A DNA stretch of 59,435 nt, counting the filler. It is 6 parts of 6 records of this genome, joined end to end, with 100 filler letters (N's around TTAATTAATTAA, not from the genome) between each part and the next. Parts side by side here need not be neighbours in the genome. Positions count along the whole stretch, not along the records: positions 1 to 5,491 come from SRR31147125_11110; positions 5,592 to 10,799 come from SRR31147125_11121; 4 more parts are not named here. One strand, given 5' to 3'. Within the stretch, counting starts at the first letter, position 1; every line of letters starts with the position of its first letter. This document shows, piece by piece, positions 1-10,899 of the stretch. The notes under the pieces are model-generated. The model saw only the letters and a program-made list of their open reading frames with translations, was not told the DNA's origin and did not search any database. Made by a program: the position numbers and the translations under genes.

Positions 1-1842
1 TTTTGACGTCCACGCTTTATCAACATCTTCCCAATTAACGGTCATATCCATGCTCATCATATCTTCTAGGCTCATCATCTGTTGTTGATAAAAAGATATA
101 TACCCTTCTTCTTCCTCATTACGGAATTTTTCATATAGCTTTGGCATCATGCTTTCGTCGTGTTTCTTAAATATTCGTGCAAGTCTATATGCTTGATATG
201 CGTCAACGCCTAAAAGCTGTAATACATCTTGCCCAAGCTCTAATGCCGAACCAAATGTCTCTCCTCTAACACGTTCGATATTAAGTTCCATCAAGTCGTA
301 TGCCGCTAACCTATTAGAAGCATTTACAGCTATCTTCAGATGAGGATAATGCTTTTTAGCAAGCTCAACCAGTTTCCTAGATATCTCTAAATTGCCCATA
401 GTAATAAGCAATACCTCCGCCTCCGATGCTCCTGCAGATTCCAACAAGTCAAGTCTCGTAATATCACCATAATAAACTTCAAAACCAAATCTCCTAAGAA
501 CCTCAACATTTGCAGCATCATTATCTAAAATAACAGGTTTTATACCCGCAGATATCAAAAACCTTCCAATATCGGTACCTAATCTTCCAAAGCCTGCTAA
601 AATTACTTTATGCCCGCTTTGCTCGATCGTATCATCTTCATGCTTAGTCTCTTCTTCAGAATTATCTTTCATCATACTATTCTCATATATCTTAAATAAC
701 AGCGGTGCTAGAAACATAGATACAGCTACAGCAGAAATCATCGGCTCGATAATCGAATTGGGTAATATTCCATCTGTTCTTGCTAGCTGAAACAAAACAA
801 AGGCAAACTCTCCGCCTTGAGCCAGAGCTATTGCAAATAGAGATCTTTGTTTTTTCTTCATTTTAAACAAAAGCCCTGTTACAACTAGAACAAGCCACTT
901 AAATACAATAAGTGTAGCAACCATTAACACAATAAGTCCTATTTTTTCTATTATCAAAGTAAAATTCAAGCTTGCACCAATAGAAATAAAGAATATACCC
1001 AGCAGTAATCCCTTAAATGGCTCCAAGTCAGATTCAAGCTCATGCCGATACTCACTATCCGCTAATACAACGCCAGCCAAAAAAGTACCCAATGCTTGCG
1101 AAAGACCAACTACGGACATAAGCAACGATATTCCCACTACTAACGCTAATGCAGCTGCAACAAAAATCTCTCTAATTCTTGTTTTAGCAATCACTCTAAG
1201 CACTGGTCTGCTTATAAATCTTCCTACAACAAAAACAAGTGTAATAGCTGCAAGAGTTGCAATCATCTGCAAGTATCCTGGAAGTGAAGATATATCAATA
1301 AACGAATGGTCAATATGTTGTTGATGTACTGGTAGCGTAGCTAAAAGTGGCAAAAGAGCCAGCATCGGTATAACTGCTAAATCTTGAAAAAGCAATACCG
1401 AAAACACTGAGCGACCTTGAGGCGTATTCATCAATCCCTTTTCTTTTAACGTCTGTAACACAATAGCAGTAGACGAAAGCGACAAAATTGCGCCCACAGC
1501 AATAGCCTGTTGCCAGGCTAAAAAATTAAGTGCTATCAAACTTATTACCAAGCCAGAAAGAGCCACTTGAACACCGCCCATACCAACTATAGGTGTGCGC
1601 ATCTCCCATAGCATCGAAGGCTTAAGCTCTAATCCCACCAAAAACAACATCATAACAACGCCGAATTCGGTAAAGTGCATAACTTCATCTACATCACCAA
1701 TGAGAGAAAAACCAAAAGGTCCAATAATTATTCCCGCAATCAAATATCCAAGAACCGATCCAAGCCCAAGTTTTTTGGCAAGCGGAACAGCTATTGCCGC
1801 TGCCGCTAAAAATACAAATAATTGTAATAAAAACAGCTCCAA
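1..1842 (-). CDS. kefC: KefB/KefC-type K+/H+ antiporter (CPA2 family with C-terminal KTN domain), 3' end truncated
   Basis: Not in the ORF track because there is no stop in the window. Manual translation from TTG at 1842 gives [42 protein letters not shown], with later [19 protein letters not shown] and KTN AGFGRLG motifs. Lies directly behind kefF. Confidence 0.9.
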   Translation of the reverse strand, partial: MELFLLQLFVFLAAAAIAVPLAKKLGLGSVLGYLIAGIIIGPFGFSLIGDVDEVMHFTEFGVVMMLFLVGLELKPSMLWEMRTPIVGMGGVQVALSGLVISLIALNFLAWQQAIAVGAILSLSSTAIVLQTLKEKGLMNTPQGRSVFSVLLFQDLAVIPMLALLPLLATLPVHQQHIDHSFIDISSLPGYLQMIATLAAITLVFVVGRFISRPVLRVIAKTRIREIFVAAALALVVGISLLMSVVGLSQALGTFLAGVVLADSEYRHELESDLEPFKGLLLGIFFISIGASLNFTLIIEKIGLIVLMVATLIVFKWLVLVVTGLLFKMKKKQRSLFAIALAQGGEFAFVLFQLARTDGILPNSIIEPMISAVAVSMFLAPLLFKIYENSMMKDNSEEETKHEDDTIEQSGHKVILAGFGRLGTDIGRFLISAGIKPVILDNDAANVEVLRRFGFEVYYGDITRLDLLESAGASEAEVLLITMGNLEISRKLVELAKKHYPHLKIAVNASNRLAAYDLMELNIERVRGETFGSALELGQDVLQLLGVDAYQAYRLARIFKKHDESMMPKLYEKFRNEEEEGYISFYQQQMMSLEDMMSMDMTVNWEDVDKAWTSK

Positions 1843-1843
1843 A

Positions 1844-2452
1844 TCAACCCCTCCTTATCACAGCATCTAAATCACTATTTAAAAACTCAAATTGCTTTGC
1901 TTTTTCTAGATCGATAGTATCATCACGAAGCGCAATAACAGTACGTCTATAACCCTCTGCATGCTCTAAAACCTTATCCTCTTCAAGCCCTCTGTGTACA
2001 CCAAGAACAACAAAAGGAGAAATCCATTCCATGCTACATAATCTACTCATAGCATGATACGGAGAAAGTAGCTCTCCCATATTAAAATTGTTATGCTCTT
2101 CACTTTGATAGTCGTTTTTATCCCCGCCAGCAGTTAGTACCATAAGATATTTTTTACCTTTAAGTGCTTTTCCTTTAGATCCATATGCCCAACCATACTC
2201 TAAAACTAAATCTTCCCATTCCTTTATGATTGCAGGGGTTGAATACCAATAAAATGGATACTGAAAGATAATAACATCATGAGTTTCACATAATTTTTGC
2301 TCTCTTTTACAATCGATTATAAAATCTGGATATTTTGCATATAAGTCGTTATATGTCACACCCTCAAGCCCTTCCACAGCATTTTTAAGTGTAAAATTAA
2401 TCTTAGAATGCGATATTGCTGGGTGTGCAAAGTTTATCAAAATCTTTTTCAT
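1844..2452 (-). CDS. kefF: KefF/KefG flavodoxin-like NAD(P)H oxidoreductase, ancillary subunit
   Basis: [14 protein letters not shown] and GWAYG motifs; 1 nt upstream of the kefC start. Confidence 0.88.
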   Translation of the reverse strand: MKKILINFAHPAISHSKINFTLKNAVEGLEGVTYNDLYAKYPDFIIDCKREQKLCETHDVIIFQYPFYWYSTPAIIKEWEDLVLEYGWAYGSKGKALKGKKYLMVLTAGGDKNDYQSEEHNNFNMGELLSPYHAMSRLCSMEWISPFVVLGVHRGLEEDKVLEHAEGYRRTVIALRDDTIDLEKAKQFEFLNSDLDAVIRRG

Positions 2453-2468
2453 AAAACTGCCCTTCCGT

Positions 2469-2486
2469 TATTGTATATATACAATA
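2469..2486. promoter_or_regulatory. Perfect 18-bp palindrome, candidate repressor operator for kefFC
   Basis: TATTGTATATATACAATA immediately upstream of the kefF RBS. Confidence 0.5.
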
Positions 2487-2967
2487 TTGATTTTCGAATT
2501 ATTATTCATCTTAAATCTATCTAAAAAAGTGACTTGTTATTCATTAGCCAATAAAAAGTATATTATCTCCTATAGTTATAAAAAACACGAGGATAATTCC
2601 TCGCTTAATTTTTATAACTAACGCTTCTTTCAGTTCGATAATTTTCATAAACCAATACCTTCTAATAAAAGCGCTCTACTCTAGATACAACAATATTAGC
2701 AAACCTATATACTTACTTCAAGTTATATTCAAATAAACGTGTCATTATTATATTTTTAACCTTAGTAAATAAAACTATCAGCTCATGTAAATCAGCAAAG
2801 TTTAACTAAATAGTACAACAATATGTTTTTATCAATAGAATTTAAATTGTAATTATGGTAAAATGAGGCTATATTATTATTCAATTCATTCAATTAATAT
2901 TTTGATATATTGATGACATTTTTTTATTAAACACGTTAACGTTTATGTCATTAATAAGGAGTCTTTC

Positions 2968-4028
2968 ATGAAAAAACTAGCAATTGAAGGTATGAAAGTT
3001 TTATCTGTTGATGATAACCAAAACAATTTACTCATGATTGAGATTTTCTCAAAAAAGCTAGGCTTAAATGTGAACAGTTTTACCGAGCCAAAAAAGGCTC
3101 TAGAATCTGCAAAGAACGAGTCGTTCGATATAGTAATCATAGATTACATGATGCCAAAAATGAATGGCATCCAATTTATATCTGAATTCCGCAAACTAGA
3201 TAATGAGGCACCTATTATAATGATATCAGCGATGGGTGAGGATAGTAAGTTACGGCTAAGTGCACTTGAAACTGGCGCTACCGATTTTTTAACCAAGCCT
3301 ATAGATGGAGCTATTTTTAAAGCTAGGGTAAGTAATTTACTACAATTAAAAAATCTCTAGTGTTACTTAAAGATAAATCAGAGTTATTAACTCACGAAAT
3401 TGTACAAGCAACTGAACGAATAAAAGAGCAAGAAAAAGAAGCGCTTAATACCTTGGGTAAGATATCCGAGTTTAGAGACCCAGAGACAAACGAACACGTC
3501 TTAAGAGTTGCAACCTATTCAAAAATCATTGCAAAAACATACGGAATCAGTGAAAAAATGCAGGAAATTATATATAACGCCGCACCATTTCATGATATAG
3601 GAAAGGTAGGAATCCCTGATAAAGTGTTATTAAAATCTGGGAAGTTAGATAGCGATGAATGGTCCGTTATGAGAAACCATTCAAGTATTGGTTATCAACT
3701 ACTTAAAAACTCTCAGAGCCCATACTTACAGGCAGGAGCTGTTATTGCGTACACACATCATGAAAAATTTGATGGAACTGGATACCCAAAAGGCTTGAAA
3801 GGTGAGGAAATATCTATTCTTGGGCGAATTGTAGCTATTGCTGATGTATTTGATGCACTTTGTTCAGAAAGACCCTACAAAGATGCATGGAGTTTTGAGC
3901 AGGCTTTTGATTATATATTAAGTCAAAGCGGAAAGTACTTTGACCCAGATTGCGTAAAAGCTTTTGCTTTAAACAAATCAAAAATAGAAGGAATTTTCCA
4001 TAATAATGAAGTGGACAATCTATCATGA
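2968..4028 (+). CDS. RpfG-like response regulator (REC + HD-GYP c-di-GMP phosphodiesterase), split by a homopolymer frameshift near 3350
   Basis: REC (VDD, IDYMMP, TKP) at 2968-3360; HDIGK and HHEKFDGTGYP at 3360-4028. One extra A in the run near 3350 restores LQLKKSLVLLKDK. Confidence 0.88.
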
Positions 4029-4827
4029 AGAAAAAAATACTCATTACACTACTATGTTTTTCTATATTCTTTAACCTGTCTGCCTGTAAAAAGCAAGAAA
4101 AACCCCAAATGCTTTTTTATATTGGTATTACTATGGTTAAGCCAGTTTATCAGCTTGTAGAAGAATTTGAACAGATACATGACTGTGAAATCAAAATTGT
4201 TCAGGGTGGATCTCAAGATTTGTATAATAGTTTAAAGCAAAGCAACACGGGTGATTTATATTTACCTGGTTCATATTCGTATAGAAAAAACACTTTATCG
4301 GAAGGACTTTTAAGGGATTCTGTACTAGTGGGCTATAACAAAGCTGCTCTTATGGTATCCAATGGGAATCCTCTAGGATTTACAAACGATTTATCACAAC
4401 TTGCTGATACAGCAAATAAAGTAGTCATATGTGATCCTAATAGCGGTAGTATTGGACTCGAAACCAAAAAGGTTTTAACGGCATACGGAATTTATGACGA
4501 TGTTTTTTCCAACGCTATATACCTAACTGCAGATTCAAGAAATCTAACAGATGCAATTGTAAGCGGTAATGCTGATATATGCATAAACTGGTATGCAACA
4601 TCGCTTTGGGAGGAAAATAGCGCCGATATCGATGCTATAATTATCGATGAAATGTATGCTCAAAAAAGATGTTGATTATGAATTTGACAAGCTGTTCAAA
4701 ATATCCAGAATTAGTGAAAGAATTTTTAGCTTATGCATCTTCAGAGCATGGCAAGGAAGTTTTTGCTAAATATGGTTTTATAGACGAGCAAGATCTTGTT
4801 GTAATGGGTGGAGTTGAATACGAATGA
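4025..4827 (+). CDS. ModA-like extracellular solute-binding lipoprotein, frameshift near 4665
   Basis: Lipobox LSAC and GGSQDL / GSIG motifs. Adding one A near 4665 extends the ORF to a TGA at 4825-4827 that overlaps the next ATG. Confidence 0.75.
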
Positions 4828-5491
4828 GAAGAAAAACTGGATATACTAATTTAATTATATTTATTCTTGTTATTGCAATAGGTTTTGGTTCAATCATAGG
4901 AATCCACGAGCTTTTTTCCAGTTTATCGGAGGATTTGGACAACAAGCTTAAAAACAAAGAAATGCAAATTACTATTGGTAGATATATTATCAATCATTTG
5001 CATATTATTGAAAATCAATTTTATCAAGTAGCATTGAACAGAAATTCTGAATACTCTCAAATAGTAAAAAAAGAGATGGAAGCCGAAATAGGACACCTTA
5101 AAAATTCTTTTAGCGTTTTAGAAGACGGTGGTTATATTATTCACCATATTGAGCTAAATGTGGTAAGCACCACAGAGTATGAGGAAAAGCTTTATTATGA
5201 ACCAGCTGACCCAATATATCATAATGTTGAATCCATCGATTTGAATCCAAAATTAGATCAAACAATTGATAAATTAGACGGTTTGATTTCATTGATAGAA
5301 GATTACGAATATATTGTTGAGAACGGGGATACTGATGACAAAATAGCGTTTGAGAAGGAATTTTCTAATTATATGAAGTATATTCCTCCGTACTTTGTTA
5401 GAATGAAAGAAAATGCCAGCAGAATTATTTATGAAAGTAAAATAGAAGCCGATGAATACAGACAAAATATTTTAAGACAAAAAAAACTTTT
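4824..5491 (+). CDS. Membrane sensor protein N-terminus (probable histidine kinase), truncated by contig end
   Basis: N-terminal TM helix then a helical extracytoplasmic region, in operon with a response regulator. The kinase domain itself is not visible. Confidence 0.5.
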
Positions 5492-5591
5492 NNNNNNNNN
5501 NNNNNNNNNNNNNNNNNNNNNNNNNNNNNNNNNNNTTAATTAATTAANNNNNNNNNNNNNNNNNNNNNNNNNNNNNNNNNNNNNNNNNNNN
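5492..5591. other. Artificial contig linker
   Basis: N44-TTAATTAATTAA-N44, which puts stops in all six frames. Confidence 0.99.
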
Positions 5592-5593
5592 GG

Positions 5594-5986
5594 AAGCATA
5601 ATGATAGGGATTTGGAAATATACAAGTTAGCATCAAAGAAAATGCTTGAAGGAAAGCGAATGAAGTATACAGATGTACCAAGTAAGCTACAAACACATAA
5701 GAATTTGAAAAGTTTTCTAGATCGATTTAAAGTTGTAGATGGAAATGATATATCTCATACTATGGTAGCTCATATTTCTAAAGACGGGCATCATTATATT
5801 CATCCGGATATAAATCAAAATAGATCGATAACTGTAAGAGAAGCGGCAAGAATTCAAAGTTTCCCAGATGATTACTATTTTGAGAATAGTAGGACATCTG
5901 CATTTATACAAATAGGAAATGCTGTTCCACCATTAATGGCAGAAAAAATAGCTAGGAAAATAAAAGAACAAGTAAAAAACCAGTAG
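5594..5986 (+). CDS. DNA (cytosine-5)-methyltransferase, C-terminal part
   Basis: Motifs IX/X: RSITVREAARIQSFPDDY...QIGNAVPP. 5' truncated by the contig start. Confidence 0.93.
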   Translation, partial: KHNDRDLEIYKLASKKMLEGKRMKYTDVPSKLQTHKNLKSFLDRFKVVDGNDISHTMVAHISKDGHHYIHPDINQNRSITVREAARIQSFPDDYYFENSRTSAFIQIGNAVPPLMAEKIARKIKEQVKNQ

Positions 5987-6007
5987 CTGAAGGCTACTGG
6001 TTTTTTT
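5974..6007. terminator. Bidirectional rho-independent terminator
   Basis: AAAAAACCAGTAGC-TGAAG-GCTACTGGTTTTTTT between convergent genes. Confidence 0.85.
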
Positions 6008-6010
6008 GTA

Positions 6011-7628
6011 TTAAAGATTCAATATTCCAGGTCTTGTTATGTGATGAGTTAATTGGGCTTGTAAATCTAAAACAAGTTGTTTTCTGAAAGTATATAGATA
6101 AGTTGTTGCGTTCATTAGCTCTTTATTAAAACTATCATGAAATTCTGAGTGCATGTACTTAGGGTTGAAGAAAATATTATAATTTTCACCTTTATAATTA
6201 TAAGTCGGTGTAGAGTATTTAAATTCGTTTTTTAAGGATTTCAAAAGAACGTTGTTATAATATTTTATTTTTAATCCATAAAGAAACTTATGAAATACTT
6301 TTTTATTTTGAGCGTAATCACATGATGGAGAAATTTCAACCAGAACTAAATCAATATAATCAGTTAGGTTAAATTTTATTTTATTATAAAGTAATTCTTC
6401 CTTAATATTTTTAATATAATATTGTTCCGCAATTAAATTGACTGCTTTTTCCTTATCAAAGTCTTGAATTTTATTTTTTCTCTTATTATATTCTTTCAAC
6501 ATTTCGGAGGTTGATTTACCAGTAGGCTTAAGAAATGTTGGTTGAAAACAAGGGTTACTAGCAATTAATTCTATCTTAAAGTCAGTTATTTTTAAATGCA
6601 AATTATTTAGTATGTTAATACTTAGATTTAAATCAGTAGGAATTAATTTAGCAACCTCAGATTTGAAAACTTTAATAAGCACTTCATTTTCCTTCATAAT
6701 TTCAGGGAATATTGCTTTTTTCCAAAATCTCAGAGAGCTCTTTGCATTCTCTAATATATTCAGTTTTTAAACTTAAGTTGTTATTTAAATGAACACTTCC
6801 TGGAAAGGTAAAATCTTTTCTAGGTTTTCCAATTAAGAGAGCTGAATTAATTTTTGCTTTTTGATCAATTGAAATATCATGGTCACATAAATCAAAAACA
6901 GGAATATCAATGGATTTATTTAAGTTTGTTTCAATTTCATCAATAAGTAAAGAATTAAAAACAGTTAATCCTTCTTTAATTTGATTTTCTTTTGGAAGCT
7001 TATTAAAAGTTTTACCTGCTGAAGCTTTTCCCATATTAACTATTAAACTTTGAATTTCTTTGTTCCATTCTTTTACATTAACCATTTCATTTATCGTTTC
7101 AAATACAGATTCAACTCCAGATAAAACTTTATTTCTCCAATTGTTTAGTATAGGAATACCTGGATAGTCTAAATCAGATAAAGAATTTTTTAACTCAGCC
7201 TCTATCAATGCAATAGTCTCTTCATCCGATTTTTTCAATTCAAATTTATCTCCATCTGATTCAAAATAATCAAATTTATCTAATGTAGCAGTTATTAGAG
7301 GAAATAGGTTAAAAAGTGTTAAACCTTTTAATACCTCTTCGACCTGATTCTTGTTTTTAGTCCAAAAAATTAAAATATAAGGAGTGTTTTTTTTTAATAG
7401 TCTTTTTAAATATCCAACCAACGTAGATATTGTCATTTCATTAATTACTCCCCCTTCAGTTAAATCTATATCCGAAAAAATTAATGTATAACTTTCTAAT
7501 TTTTCTTCAATACTTTTGTCAAAATCTCCATCAAAATATCTTATTGAAGAATTTAAGTTTGATAATAACTTTATCAAGGGTAAGACTTCATCAACTTTAT
7601 CATCAATTATTGCAACATTCTTAAGCAT
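6011..7628 (-). CDS. Receiver-domain protein with a long uncharacterised C-terminal region (ORFs 6702-7628 and 6011-6697, probably one gene)
   Basis: REC residues IIDD, FSDIDL, FWT and LDK. The downstream frame is open back to an A-run near 6765. C-terminal part has EISPSCDYAQNK...HHITRPG. Confidence 0.75.
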
Positions 7629-9774
7629 TTATTCTTCTTCCTCCTCCTTCTTAAAAGCAAGTCCTACAGCTGCTCCAGTTGAAAAATTTTCAGGAATAGT
7701 AACTAGACTTCTAATATCATCAATTATTAATTTACCATTATTTTTATTTAATATCTCATTGACTATGTATAGACCTAAGCCTGCGCCTTCATTAAAAGGT
7801 CTTGTAGTTACAAAAATTGTTTTGCTTCTTTTTCTGAAATAGTAAATCCTGGACCATTATCTAAAATAATTACAGTTAAATAACCTTTGATTTCATTTGT
7901 AATAAAAAGTTTAATTTTTTTATTTTCATTTCTTGAATATTTTAGCCAAGCGACTGAATTGTCAAGGATATTGATAATTATATTTCGAAGTTGTTTTTGA
8001 GGGAAAATTATTTTTTTCCTTCCAGTTCGTTATAGTCAATTTCTAAAGTTATATTATGCCTAAGTGTCCTCAATTCATTCATATCAAGTATGTTCTTTAA
8101 AGTGCTTTTTAAAGCAATATTTTTTGAGTTCCCTTTCTTTAATAAACTACCATATAAAGCTAAAGAGCCTGAAAGAGATTTAACAATTTTTTCGATTTCA
8201 GAGAAATCTTTTTTAGATTGCACAGCTAATTCTAGTGTTCTAAAAGATTTTTCAATTTCGTGTACATATATGGATAAGTTTATTCCACTACTTGATGATT
8301 CAAGTAATGTAGCTTCAGTAGCCTTAAATTCCTTTTCTATAATTTTGTATTCAGTTTCAATTTGATTTATGTAATTATCCATTTTATCTTTATCTTTAGG
8401 AGTTATATTTACATCATTAACTATTTCTTTTAATTGTTCAATATTATTACTGATAGAATTTCTTTCAATACTACCAGTATTAAGAATAGCTTTAAGATTT
8501 CCTTTATCAATATACCGATATTGTTCTACTTTAGTTATAAAATATAAAACAGCTTCAGAAAAAGCAAAAAATGCTTCATTTTCTATAAAACCTTCTCTGT
8601 TTGTTTTTTCTTTTAGATCTTGGCTATTATTTCTATCAAGATTAACCATACTAAGGACAATATTATTACTAACACGCTTAGCGGGCATATTAACTCTGTT
8701 TAAATCTTTTCCTAACCAGTCATTTCCAGGTTCTCCATAATCATAAATTCTCATATTATCTCTATAGACTTTAAATCCGCCATTAGTATTTAAATATTCT
8801 TTAAAACCTTTTTTATCTGTTTCAATGAAGTTCATTAATGCAGTATCTCTGTCAAATATATATCCTTCTATGGTAATTTTACCAATTTTATGTTTTGATA
8901 AATTAATAGTTTTCTTTCCATGTTCATATACCATTTTAGAAGTTACAAGATCCTTTAACTGAATTATTTTTGAATCAATTCTATGAGAAAAATCATCCCA
9001 AGGTTTAAATTCATAATAAAAATCAGTTATTTCATCTCCTTCAATAGCTCCTTTAAAATAGAAAAGACTACGCTTTATTATTGTATCGAATTTAATCATA
9101 TTATCTAGCCAATTTTTATTATTTATATTAAAATCAAAAGAAAAATTATTGATTTTATTAAATGGACTTGAAAGTGAATTTATAGAGTGATAAACTTCCG
9201 TAACATTTTTTTTATTCCAAACAGTTCTAAGTTTCTTTATTGTTATTTGTGTTCCTGTTTCACCTTTAAATACTTTCGGTTCTCTTTCGAAAACTGTTAT
9301 AGGAACATCATTTAAATAATTAGCAGTTTCAAATTTCTTCCAATCAATTTTTATAACTATCTCTTTTTTATTATCCATTTTAGAGATTAATTCAATTTCA
9401 TCTCCCAATTTATGTACGCCTAATCTTCCAATTCCCTTTTCTCCAAGCGGTAACCTTTTGTATTTAGGAGTATGTTCTTCATTTTCAAATTTTTTCTTTT
9501 TAAAATCACTTCCCAATTCAAGCCAAACATTTTCAATAATGTTTAAGTCCATACCACAGCCGTTATCTTTAATAATTATTTCAGGTTCATCAAAGAGTCC
9601 TATTTTTTTATCATCCTCTTCTATATTTAACATATTTATAGAAACATAACTTGCGTCTGCATCATAAGAATTTTTAATTAATTCTGTTAATGCGATTGTT
9701 CCATTTTTTATTAGTTGATCCCCTAATTGAAGTAATAATCGTGCCCTTGGTTTAAATACAAACTTATTTTCCAT
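7629..9774 (-). CDS. MORC/HSP90-like GHKL ATPase fused to a histidine kinase; frameshifts near 8015 and 7815
   Basis: N-terminal ELIKNSYDADA, DNGCGM, GEKGIGRLG, GTQITI; H-box YVHEIEK. Rejoined C-terminus reads NILDNSVAW, DNGPGF, FVTTR, GAGLGL and ends at TAA 7629-7631, abutting the next ATG. Confidence 0.88.
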
Positions 9775-9895
9775 AGTATTCCTTTCTAAAAAAATTGTTT
9801 CAACATGTTTTTCATATTATACAATGAATAAATAGAAAAATAAACAAAAATTAATATATTAGACAGTATTTATTTTAAATAGGTAACAAAAAAAC

Positions 9896-9938
9896 TTGAC
9901 TTGTTCGTACTAACGGGTTATAATTATGTTAGTACGAA
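9896..9938 (+). promoter_or_regulatory. Sigma70 promoter with an 11-bp inverted-repeat operator
   Basis: TTGACT (9896-9901), 17 bp, TATAAT (9919-9924). TTCGTACTAAC (9904-9914) and GTTAGTACGAA (9928-9938) flank the -10 box. Confidence 0.8.
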
Positions 9939-9951
9939 TTGAAGGTGAGCT

Positions 9952-10124
9952 ATGGAAAAAAGAGATGGCAAAATTTCTTTTCACAAAGCTGGTAATGGTA
10001 TTGGAGCTAAACTAACACTATCTGTTCCTTTGCTAAAAAAATGGGAATTACTTCTGAAAATAAAGAGGTAGAGATCATTTATGATGAGGAAAAAGAGAAA
10101 ATTACCGTTTTGAAAAAGAAATAA
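9952..10124 (+). CDS. Small AbrB/MazE/SpoVT-like DNA-binding protein (about 57 aa), frameshift in the A-run near 10040
   Basis: RBS GAAGGTGA. Rejoined: MEKRDGKISFHKAGNGIGAKLTLSVPLLKKMGITSENKEVEIIYDEEKEKITVLKKK, a swapped-hairpin-like pattern. Confidence 0.65.
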
Positions 10125-10307
10125 GAAAAGCCCCCATACTCCCTTTAGGTGTACAGAGGCAAGCGTTGTAAAATAACAACACTGTCGCGAGTGTATTTTA
10201 CCACGCTTCCTCTAAAAAACAATAAACAGACCTTATAAAAATGAAACAAAAGTCCTCTCCTAAATTAGGAGAGGATTTAGGTGAGGTCTAAAAAAGGAGG
10301 AATGCAA

Positions 10308-10799
10308 ATGTTTCAAACAAAAGAAACAACAAATGGCAGAATGCTATCATCAAAAGAGCTACATGAATATCTAGAGATAGGTAGAGTTTTCAACTCTTGG
10401 ATAAGAGGGAGAATTGAGAAATATGGTTTCGTGCAGGGTGTTGATTACCAAGAAGTTTGGCTTGATAATCAAACTGGTGAAATACTTGAAACAGAAGACA
10501 GGCAAAGCAAAATAGCAAATAGTACTTATCAAAAGGATTATTATATCACTATCAATATGGCAAAGGAGTTGTCTATTATTGAAAATAGTGAAAAGGGTCT
10601 ACTAGCTAGAAATTATCTAGTGATGAGACAAAAGACCTATTTGAACTTGCTTAAGGCAAAACTTCATTTGCTGGATGAGGGAAAAATTGATAAAGAAAAA
10701 TTAGCAGAATGGCAGATGTTAATTGATATGGTGAAGGATTTAAGTCCTACACTACTTAAATTCAAGAAGCAGATGCTTAACATGATATGGCAGGCGAAT
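10308..10799 (+). CDS. Phage antirepressor, AntA/AntB family, truncated by contig end
   Basis: SKELHEYLEI...FNSWIRGRIEKYGF...DYYITINMAKELS; AGGAGG RBS at 10295-10300 (start 10302 or 10308). Confidence 0.85.
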
Positions 10800-10899
10800 N
10801 NNNNNNNNNNNNNNNNNNNNNNNNNNNNNNNNNNNNNNNNNNNTTAATTAATTAANNNNNNNNNNNNNNNNNNNNNNNNNNNNNNNNNNNNNNNNNNNN
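10800..10899. other. Artificial contig linker
   Basis: N44-TTAATTAATTAA-N44. Confidence 0.99.

Noticed and set aside
3355-3365. Possible stop-codon readthrough or recoding at the TAG between REC and HD-GYP
   Set aside because: The downstream domain is in a different frame; one missing A in the preceding run explains it.
7516-9649. Plus-strand ORFs 7516-7842, 8090-8365 and 9458-9649
   Set aside because: Antisense shadows of the kinase and receiver genes, with no motifs.
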